Below, in pieces: positions 1 to 6,621 of a DNA stretch of 10,929 nt. The stretch is taken from the NCBI GenBank assembly GCA_046757165.1, contig JBHHXT010000163.1, forward strand, positions 1 to 10,929, in the 5' to 3' direction. Under the pieces are notes generated by a model that did no database searches, was not told the DNA's origin, and was given only the letters and a program-made list of their open reading frames with translations. Position numbers and translations under genes: made by a program. The DNA is from a bacterium (lineage in GTDB: Bacteria; Zhuqueibacterota; Zhuqueibacteria; Oceanimicrobiales; Oceanimicrobiaceae). Position 1 is the stretch's first letter; each line of letters begins with the position of its first letter.

Positions 1-35
1 TTGAGCAGCAGATCAGGGAAAATGAGGAAGCCTAA
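1..35 (+). CDS. 3' end of a probable DUF433-family antitoxin (partial, runs off the window start)
   Basis: Frame 3 reads EQQIRENEEA* (TAA 33-35). A second TAA (36-38) overlaps the ATG of the PIN-like gene. DUF433 genes typically precede DUF5615 genes and end in similar acidic tails. Only 10 codons are visible. Confidence 0.55.
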   Translation, partial: EQQIRENEEA

Positions 36-37
36 TA

Positions 38-334
38 ATGGCTCGTCTCTATTCGTTGGGTCATGATGTGCTGACTATTCAGGAGACAGGCAAAGCGGAC
101 CAATCATTGTCAGACGAAGTGGTTCTCAGCGAAGCCTCAAACGATGAGAGAGCTGTATTGACTTTCAATCGCAAACATTTCATCAAACTACACAAGTCAC
201 GCCCCAAACATGAGGGAATTATTGCTTGCACCTTTGACATTGATTTTGTAGCACTGGCAAAACGAGTACATCAGGCAATTGAGGCGCAGCAGAATCTCAC
301 GGGTAAGCTTATCCGGATCAACCGGCCTCAGTGA
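38..334 (+). pseudogene. DUF5615 (VapC45-like) PIN-like toxin with an apparent in-frame N-terminal deletion
   Basis: The 98-aa ORF has the LGHDVLT, SDEVVL..A...ERAVLTFNRKHF and H.GII motifs of DUF5615. MARLYS runs directly into LGHDV, so the usual (D/N)EN(F)P...V...LR segment is missing. The frame is open, so pseudogene status is inferred. Confidence 0.7.
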
Positions 335-396
335 TTAAAGGGATGAAGCTGCAAAAATAAAGTCAAAAGCAGAGCTTTTCCCGGAAGTGACTGAAT

Positions 397-429
397 AACC
401 TTGCGAAGGTTCGGAACCTTCGCAAGGTT
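397..429. repeat. Perfect inverted repeat with self-palindromic arms (REP-like; possible bidirectional terminator)
   Basis: AACCTTGCGAAGGTT (397-411), CGG, AACCTTCGCAAGGTT (415-429). The arms are exact reverse complements, and the repeat lies between convergent genes. Confidence 0.85.
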
Positions 430-459
430 TTAGATGGCAAGCTTATAACCGTTCCCCCA

Positions 460-2907
460 TCAGGAATTACCGATCCGAATAATGTCTGCAAAGATCCCGG
501 CTGCGGTCACCTCCGCTCCGGCCCCCGGCCCCTTGATGACCAGCGGTTGCTCGCAATAGCGGCTGCTGGTGATGGCGATGATGTTCTCGCTGCCACTCAT
601 ATGATAAAACGGATGTTCCCGGGGGACGGCCTGCAGCGCCACCCGCGCCTGGTTGTTCTCGATGGTGGCGATGTAGCGCAGCACCTTCCCTTCTTGTTGC
701 GCTTCAGCGACCTTGCTGGCAAAGTACCCATCATTTCGCTCCAGCTCGACAAAAAAATCTTCCACAGAAGCAGCGCGCTGGCAGGCGACAGGTAAAATGT
801 TCTCGACCGCAATGTCTTCGAGCTCGCACTCCAGCCCGACTTCGCGCGCGACAATCAGGAGTTTGCGCGCGACGTCCATGCCATTCAGATCGTCACGCGG
901 GTCCGGCTCGGTAAAGCCCTTGTCCTTTGCTTCTTTGACGATCTCGCTGAAAGGCCGCGAGCCGTCGAAAGAGTTGAAGACAAAGCTGATGGTGCCGGAA
1001 ATGATCGCCTCGATTTTGAGAATGTTATCGCCGCTCAAGGTCAGGTCGTTGAGCGTGCTGATGATCGGCAGGCTGGCGCCGACGTTGGTTTCGTAGAAGA
1101 AGCGCACGCCCCGTTTGATGGCGAGCGTTTTCAGACGTTGATATTGCTCATAGGTGCTGGAGTTGGCTTTCTTGTTCGGTGTGACGATGGAGATGCCCAG
1201 ATTCAGAATACGCTCGTAGGTCTGCACAATTGCTGCGCTGGCGGTGCAATCGAGAAAAATGCTGTTCCGGAAATGACACATCTTCATCTTTTCAACGAAG
1301 CGGTCCAGATCCATTTTCTCGCCGGCTGAGGCGAGCTGTCTGCACCACTCTGCCAGCGGAATGCCTTCGGGGTCGAACACCATCTTCTTGCTATTGGCCA
1401 GGCCGTTTAGTTTGATTTCGAGCGCGTAGGCGTCGTTGAGAAAATCGAGCTGCGTTTGCACCTGCTCGAGCAATCTGCCGCCGACGAGGCCCGGACCGAC
1501 GAGAAACAGATGCAGCGTCTTTCGATCTCGTACGAAGAATGTTTCATGAATCGCGTTGAGCGCGGTCGCCACTTCGCTTTTGGCGACCACGATGGAGATG
1601 TTGAGCTCCGACGACCCCTGGGCGATGGCGACGACGTTGCTGCCATGTTTGCCGAGCGCGTGGAATATTCGCGCCGCAATGCCGGGAATGCCGCGCATCC
1701 TCTCGCCCACCACAGCAACCACGGACAGCTTGTCCTCCAGCACCACCTCTTCGATCTGGTGCGCCAGAATTTCGAGATTGAACTCCTCTTCAATCGCTTT
1801 CTTGGCCGCCACTGCCGAGTGTGGCGTGACCGCAAAACAGATGGAGTGCTCCGAGGACGCCTGTGTGATCAAGATGACATTGATCCGGGCCCGGGCCAGC
1901 GCACCAAAGAGCCGCGCCGAGATACCCGTGACCCCCAGCATGCCGCTGCCCTGCACCTGCAAAAGCGTGATGTCCGAAATAGCGGAGATACCGCGAATGA
2001 TGAAGGGATTCGGCTCCGGCTCCCGACAAATGAGGGTGCCGGAAAAGGACGGGTTGAACGTATTCCGGATGCGCAACGGAATGTTCTTTTCCAGCGCCGG
2101 TTGCATGCATTTGGGATGCACCACTTCCGAGCCGAAGTGAGACAGTTCCATCGCCTCGGCATAACTCATGCTTGTGATGCAGAAGGCATTGGGCACCAGC
2201 CGCGGATCCGCAGTCAGCACACCGTCGACATCGGTCCAAATCTCGACCTCCTCGGCCTCCAGCGCAGCGGCGAAAATGGCAGCGGTATAGTCAGAACCGC
2301 TGCGCCCGAGGGTCGTGATCTCGTTATTCTCTGTCGAGGCGATGAACCCTGTGATGATCTGCAAATCCGAATGATCTTCAAAGTACTTTTTGATGTTACC
2401 ATTGCTCCACTCGGAATCGACCCTGGCGTTGCCAAACTGATCATCGGTTTTGACGAGCGCAGAAGCGTTCAGGTACTCGGCCGGAACCTTGCGCCGGCGC
2501 AAACTCGCACTGATGATAAATGCGGAAAGTCTTTCGCCATAACTCATGATGAGATCGAGCGAACGCGGCGACAGCTCCTTGACCAGGAAGATGCCGTGCA
2601 AAATGTCGCGCAAGCTTTCGAGCTTCTGGCTCACTTTGGAGAGAGGCGCTGATTGCGGCTCCGGGCTGACGAGCACTTTGAGCGCCTCCCGGTGCACCTG
2701 TTCCAGCTCGCTCAACAAGCCAAGATACGCCTCTGAGCCCCGGGCGGCCAACCGGCTCGCCTCGATGAGCATGTTGGTCACGCCACCAAACGCCGAGACG
2801 ACCACGGCGATTTCCCCCCGCTGCCGGGCTTGTGTGAGGAGGTCGAGAACGTTTTCGATACGTTCGGGGGTTGCGATGGAAGTCCCGCCAAATTTGAGTA
2901 TTTTCAT
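460..2907 (-). CDS. thrA: Bifunctional aspartate kinase / homoserine dehydrogenase I (815 aa)
   Basis: The AK domain has MKILKFGGTS, SYGERLS, TTLGRSGSDYTAA and WTDVDG. Two ACT domains follow (QASSEHSICF, QGSSELNIS), then an HSDH domain with GPGLVG, YETNVGA.LP, EPDPRDDL.G.DVARK and GPGAGAEVTA. The start is moved from the TTG at 2979 to the ATG at 2907, which has AGGTG upstream and matches the family N-terminus. Confidence 0.96.
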   Translation of the reverse strand: MKILKFGGTSIATPERIENVLDLLTQARQRGEIAVVVSAFGGVTNMLIEASRLAARGSEAYLGLLSELEQVHREALKVLVSPEPQSAPLSKVSQKLESLRDILHGIFLVKELSPRSLDLIMSYGERLSAFIISASLRRRKVPAEYLNASALVKTDDQFGNARVDSEWSNGNIKKYFEDHSDLQIITGFIASTENNEITTLGRSGSDYTAAIFAAALEAEEVEIWTDVDGVLTADPRLVPNAFCITSMSYAEAMELSHFGSEVVHPKCMQPALEKNIPLRIRNTFNPSFSGTLICREPEPNPFIIRGISAISDITLLQVQGSGMLGVTGISARLFGALARARINVILITQASSEHSICFAVTPHSAVAAKKAIEEEFNLEILAHQIEEVVLEDKLSVVAVVGERMRGIPGIAARIFHALGKHGSNVVAIAQGSSELNISIVVAKSEVATALNAIHETFFVRDRKTLHLFLVGPGLVGGRLLEQVQTQLDFLNDAYALEIKLNGLANSKKMVFDPEGIPLAEWCRQLASAGEKMDLDRFVEKMKMCHFRNSIFLDCTASAAIVQTYERILNLGISIVTPNKKANSSTYEQYQRLKTLAIKRGVRFFYETNVGASLPIISTLNDLTLSGDNILKIEAIISGTISFVFNSFDGSRPFSEIVKEAKDKGFTEPDPRDDLNGMDVARKLLIVAREVGLECELEDIAVENILPVACQRAASVEDFFVELERNDGYFASKVAEAQQEGKVLRYIATIENNQARVALQAVPREHPFYHMSGSENIIAITSSRYCEQPLVIKGPGAGAEVTAAGIFADIIRIGNS

Positions 2908-2950
2908 GATCTGCACCTGAGAAACTTTATCCGGGACGATAAAACGTTTG

Positions 2951-2979
2951 ATAATATCACTTTCGCAGGATAAAGTCAA
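2951..2979 (-). promoter_or_regulatory. Sigma70-type promoter of thrA
   Basis: Minus strand TTGACT (2979-2974), 17 bp, TATTAT (2956-2951), with an extended -10 TGn. The predicted leader to the ATG at 2907 is about 35-40 nt. Confidence 0.75.
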
Positions 2980-3000
2980 CGGCTATTGCATTAATTCAGC

Positions 3001-3029
3001 TTGCAATATTCACGCAAAAGCATTAACGT
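3001..3029 (+). promoter_or_regulatory. Possible distal sigma70-type promoter facing tpx
   Basis: TTGCAA (3001-3006), 17 bp, TAACGT (3024-3029). Confidence 0.35.
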
Positions 3030-3124
3030 ATCCGTTGTCTTAATGTAACGGACATTCATGTGCGATAATCTATCGTCAAAGGGTGACGATATGAATGTGG
3101 TTTCACACACGTTTGTCGGCTTGC

Positions 3125-3153
3125 TTGACAGCCTCGTCAGGAAGAATTAAGGT
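3125..3153 (+). promoter_or_regulatory. Probable sigma70-type promoter of tpx
   Basis: TTGACA (3125-3130), 17 bp, TAAGGT (3148-3153). An A-rich leader follows, with a strong SD AAGGAGGT at 3186-3193. Confidence 0.6.
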
Positions 3154-3198
3154 TAAACCCTACATAAAAACAACGACAAAACGCAAAGGAGGTAAAAC

Positions 3199-3717
3199 AT
3201 GGCAGTAGAAAGAACCGGAGCAGTGACACTCAAAGGCAATCCCCTGACTCTGGTCGGGCCTGAGATAAAAGTTGGCGACAAAGCGCCCGCTTTCAAAGCG
3301 CTGGCAAGCGACCTCTCCGAGGTCACGCTGGCGACAGACAGAGGCAAGATCCGTCTCTTCCTGTCTGTGACTTCCCTGGACACGTCCGTGTGTGATACGG
3401 AGGCGAAGAGATTCAACGAATCAGCGGAAAACTTTCCAGATAATATCGTCGTGTACACGGTAAGCTGCGACTTGCCCTTTGCCCAGAATCGCTGGTGCGG
3501 TGCGGCGGAGGCCACGAATGTCAAGACCCTCTCCGACCATCGAGACCTCTCTTTTGGCGAGGCGTACGGCACGGCCATAAAAGAGCTGCGCTTGCTCAGT
3601 CGCGCGGTTTTCCTCATCGATCAGGACGACGTCGTGCAGTACGTACAGTATGTGCCGGAGGTGGTGGAGCATCCGAACTATGAGGCGGCGCTGGCGGCGG
3701 TCAAACGTGAAATGTGA
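3199..3717 (+). CDS. tpx: Thiol peroxidase (atypical 2-Cys peroxiredoxin, Tpx subfamily)
   Basis: VTLKGNPLTL.G...KVGDKAPAF, SLDTSVC (peroxidatic Cys), S.DLPFAQ.RWC (resolving Cys), LSDHRD.SFG.AYG and RAVFLID. Strong SD. Confidence 0.95.
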   Translation: MAVERTGAVTLKGNPLTLVGPEIKVGDKAPAFKALASDLSEVTLATDRGKIRLFLSVTSLDTSVCDTEAKRFNESAENFPDNIVVYTVSCDLPFAQNRWCGAAEATNVKTLSDHRDLSFGEAYGTAIKELRLLSRAVFLIDQDDVVQYVQYVPEVVEHPNYEAALAAVKREM

Positions 3718-3973
3718 GACGGTAAACGTGGCAACTGAATCAACAAAGTCTTATCAAGCAAAATACATTTTCGCTCGGTACGGTGACCTAAACTCTTAGC
3801 AAAAGGTGAAAAAGTTTTTCATCCGTTGGGTTCTTCAATCCGCTGGAAATCGCCTCCAACGGCTGAGTTTATCTTGATCCGATCTCGTTTCAGCATTGTG
3901 GCTTTTGGTTGCGGTTGCGCCCCGCTGGGATACCTCGTGCTTGCTGGCGAAGATGGTCATAGAGAAGATCCCG

Positions 3974-4002
3974 TTGACTATTTTGGAATTTTGAGCTAAC
4001 TT
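3974..4002 (+). promoter_or_regulatory. Probable sigma70-type promoter upstream of the remnant ORF and the four-gene run
   Basis: TTGACT (3974-3979), 17 bp, TAACTT (3997-4002). Confidence 0.5.
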
Positions 4003-4062
4003 GAGAGGCTAAAATTATTGAGCCTTTTTTGTTGTACGTCCCAGACCGGAGCCATCGAGGTC

Positions 4063-4215
4063 ATGCCGCATTTTGAGGAATCGGAGTTTCTCGAGCTGAA
4101 ACGTTCAACTTCTGAGTTGAAGCAGAACATCGCCAAGCTAAAACTCAGATGCATGGTGAGACGCATCGGCCCGGCAAGAGGCGGATACTGGCAGGTCTTG
4201 GGGAATTGGGAGTGA
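4063..4215 (+). pseudogene. Internally deleted remnant of an AlbA_2/Schlafen-like DNA-binding + winged-HTH gene (50 aa)
   Basis: The N-terminal half, EESEFLELKRSTSELK, resembles the AlbA_2 start (E...lElK.S). The C-terminal half, NIAKLK...VRRIGPARGGYWQV, resembles the wHTH end found on AlbA_2/HATPase_c_4 and Fic-type proteins. Such proteins are normally several hundred aa. Confidence 0.65.
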
Positions 4216-4219
4216 CACG

Positions 4220-5041
4220 ATGAGAACCGTCGCAACGCTTGTGGTTCTGTTTATTGCGCTGCTTTTGCTGCTGCGGTTGTTCGAAAACCGGCTGGTTTTC
4301 TACCCATTCAAATATCCGCAGGGCACGTGGCATCCAGAGTGGTTCGGCCTGCAGGTTGAGGATTGTACCTTCACAGCTCCAGATGGCGCCAACCTGCATG
4401 GCTGGTTTGTCAAGAACGACAGCGCTCTGGCCACCCTGCTGTGGTGCCACGGCAACGCCGGCAACATCACAGACCGGCTGGATAATTTGCGGCAGCTCGC
4501 AAAACTGCCTTTGCAGATCTTCATTTTTGATTACCGTGGCTACGGCAAAAGCGAAGGCTCGCCGCATGAGGCGGGCGTCTATCTGGATGCCGAGGCGGCG
4601 TACGACTATCTGATCTCACGAGATGAGGTGACAAAGGACAGGATGATCATCTTCGGCCGCTCCCTCGGCGGCGCCGTGGCCGTAGATCTGGCGACAAAAC
4701 GAGCCTGTGCAGGATTGATCCTCGAGTCGACCTTCACACACGCAAAGGATATGGCCAGGGTCGCGTTCCCGGGGCTGCCTGTCAAATATATCATGAAGTC
4801 CAGATTCGACTCCGTCAGCAAGATCAAGCAGATAGAGGCGCCGGTGTTTTTCATCCACGGGACAGCCGACCGAACGGTTCCCTTTGAGCTGGGACGGCAA
4901 CTCTACGCAGCCGCCAATCAGCCAAAAGCATTTTGGCAGATCGAGGGGGCAGATCATAATGACACCTATCTGGTCGCCGGTCGCGAGTATTTTGACAGGC
5001 TATTTGAATTTGTGCAGACGACATGTTTCGAAAACAGGTGA
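4220..5041 (+). CDS. Alpha/beta hydrolase, ABHD13/Bem46-like, with N-terminal membrane anchor
   Basis: Hydrophobic N-terminus, CHGNAGNI, FDYRGYGKSEG.P.E.G.Y.DA.AAY, nucleophile elbow GRSLGG, LILESTFT, IHGTAD.TVP (Asp) and GADHND (His). GGGAG SD upstream. Confidence 0.9.
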   Translation: MRTVATLVVLFIALLLLLRLFENRLVFYPFKYPQGTWHPEWFGLQVEDCTFTAPDGANLHGWFVKNDSALATLLWCHGNAGNITDRLDNLRQLAKLPLQIFIFDYRGYGKSEGSPHEAGVYLDAEAAYDYLISRDEVTKDRMIIFGRSLGGAVAVDLATKRACAGLILESTFTHAKDMARVAFPGLPVKYIMKSRFDSVSKIKQIEAPVFFIHGTADRTVPFELGRQLYAAANQPKAFWQIEGADHNDTYLVAGREYFDRLFEFVQTTCFENR

Positions 5042-5047
5042 AATGTG

Positions 5048-6607
5048 ATGAAACGCGAAACAATGCTCAACACCCTGCGTGAGACGCGTGGCATCTGGGA
5101 TTTCATCGTCATCGGCGGCGGCGCAACCGGGTTGGGGACGGCAGTCGAGGCGGCCTCACGCGGGTACCGCACCCTGTTGTTGGAGCAACACGACTTCGCC
5201 AAGGGTACCTCCAGCCGCAGCACAAAGCTGATTCATGGCGGCGTGCGGTACTTGCAGCAGGGCAACATCTCGCTGGTTCTGGAAGCGCTGCACGAGCGCG
5301 GGCTGCTCATCAGCAACGCCCCCCACCTGGTTCGTCACCAGTCATTTATCGTGCCGAACTATGACTGGTGGGAGGGGCCGTTCTATGGCATCGGGCTCAA
5401 GGTCTATGATCTGCTGGCCGGCGAGCTCGGTCTGGGTCCCTCCAAACTGCTTTCAAAAGAGGCAACCCTGGAGCGCATTCCCACCCTCGAACCGGAGGGT
5501 CTGCGCGGCGGCGTCATCTACTACGACGGCCAATTCGATGATGCGCGGCTGGCCATCAATCTGGCCCAGACCCTGGTGGAACAGGGTGGGACGCCACTCA
5601 ACTACGTGAAAGTCAACGCTCTGCTCAAAAACAAGGGCACAGTCACTGGCGTACTGGCTCAGGAAATGGAAACCGGCGACGAATTCGAGATTCAAGCCAG
5701 GGTGGTGGTCAACGCCACCGGCGTGTTTGCCGACACGGTGCTGAGAATGGATGAACCCCTGGCAGAGAACATCATCTCTCCGAGCCAGGGGGTGCACCTT
5801 ATCGTGGACAAGGCGTTTCTGCCGGGCGACTCGGCCATCATGGTGCCGCACACCGATGATGGCCGCGTGCTGTTCGCCGTTCCGTGGCACAATAAAGTTC
5901 TGGTCGGAACGACCGATACGCCGGTCACGGTCCCGGCGTTGGAACCGCGCGCCCTGTCTGAGGAAGTGGAGTTCATCTTGCAGCACGCGGCAAAATATCT
6001 GACTCATGACCCGCGGCCTGAGGACGTGCTGAGCGTTTTTGCCGGCTTGCGACCCCTGGTGAAAGCAGCGGACAGCAAAAACACGGCGGCCCTTTCCCGT
6101 GACCATTCCCTCATGGTTTCGGTCTCGGGTCTGGTGACGATAGCTGGCGGCAAATGGACCACTTACCGCAAAATGGGCGAAGACACCGTCAACCAGGCCG
6201 CCATGGTGGCGTGCCTGGACCAGCGCAAAAGCGTGACCGCAACCATGCACATTCACGGCTGGATGGAACAGGAGGAGGAACATGACCGGCTCTCCTCCTA
6301 TGGCGCGGATGCGAGCTCCCTCCGGAACCTCATGAAATCCGAGCCGGGGCTCGGCACGCGGATGCACGAACGCTTGCCCTACACGCCGGCAGAAATCCTC
6401 TGGGCGGTTCGCAGCGAAATGGCCTGCACCGTAGAGGATGTGCTGGCGCGCCGAACCCGGGCGCTGCTGCTCGATGCCCGCACCAGTATAGAAATGGCTC
6501 CGGAGACTGCTGCCCTCATGGCCGCGGAGTTGAACAAGAGCAAGACCTGGCAGGAGCAGCAAGTGGCGCAATACGCTGCCCTGGCAAAAGGGTACTTGCT
6601 TGTTTGA
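5048..6607 (+). CDS. glpD: FAD-dependent glycerol-3-phosphate dehydrogenase/oxidase
   Basis: IGGGATG Rossmann motif, DFAKGTSSRSTKLIHGGVRYL, YYDGQFDDARL, VVNATG, VFAGLRPLV, GGKWTTYRKM and EMA.TVEDVL.RRTR. Confidence 0.95.
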   Translation: MKRETMLNTLRETRGIWDFIVIGGGATGLGTAVEAASRGYRTLLLEQHDFAKGTSSRSTKLIHGGVRYLQQGNISLVLEALHERGLLISNAPHLVRHQSFIVPNYDWWEGPFYGIGLKVYDLLAGELGLGPSKLLSKEATLERIPTLEPEGLRGGVIYYDGQFDDARLAINLAQTLVEQGGTPLNYVKVNALLKNKGTVTGVLAQEMETGDEFEIQARVVVNATGVFADTVLRMDEPLAENIISPSQGVHLIVDKAFLPGDSAIMVPHTDDGRVLFAVPWHNKVLVGTTDTPVTVPALEPRALSEEVEFILQHAAKYLTHDPRPEDVLSVFAGLRPLVKAADSKNTAALSRDHSLMVSVSGLVTIAGGKWTTYRKMGEDTVNQAAMVACLDQRKSVTATMHIHGWMEQEEEHDRLSSYGADASSLRNLMKSEPGLGTRMHERLPYTPAEILWAVRSEMACTVEDVLARRTRALLLDARTSIEMAPETAALMAAELNKSKTWQEQQVAQYAALAKGYLLV

Positions 6608-6621
6608 ACAGGTCGAACTCA

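Noticed and set aside
1456..2652. 398-aa plus-strand ORF
   Set aside because: It is an antisense shadow of thrA with no recognisable motifs. Long shadows are expected in GC-rich coding DNA.
2908..2979. 24-aa N-terminal extension of ThrA from TTG 2979
   Set aside because: That TTG is the promoter -35 box, and the family starts at MKILKFGG (2907).
2908..3198. Known riboswitch, T-box or ThrL attenuator upstream of thrA
   Set aside because: The predicted leader is too short, and I see no Thr/Ile-rich peptide, terminator or recognisable aptamer core.
3776..3862. Possible IS end (GTACGGTGACCTAAA) plus dyads TGAAAAA-G-TTTTTCA (3807-3821) and CCGTTGG/CCAACGG (3823-3862)
   Set aside because: I found no partner terminal repeat or transposase, and the dyads are short or low-complexity. 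They cannot be supported without a search.
3903..3930. TTTTGGTTGCGGTTGCGCCCCGCTGGGA, reminiscent of a dispersed GC-rich hairpin repeat
   Set aside because: It is a single degenerate copy with a broken stem, and the resemblance is from memory only.
3707..5048. Identical 11-mer GTGAAATGTGA at the tpx stop (3707-3717) and the hydrolase stop (5038-5048), as a possible target-site duplication
   Set aside because: Several 11-bp matches are expected by chance in 11 kb, and no recombinase or terminal inverted repeats lie between them.
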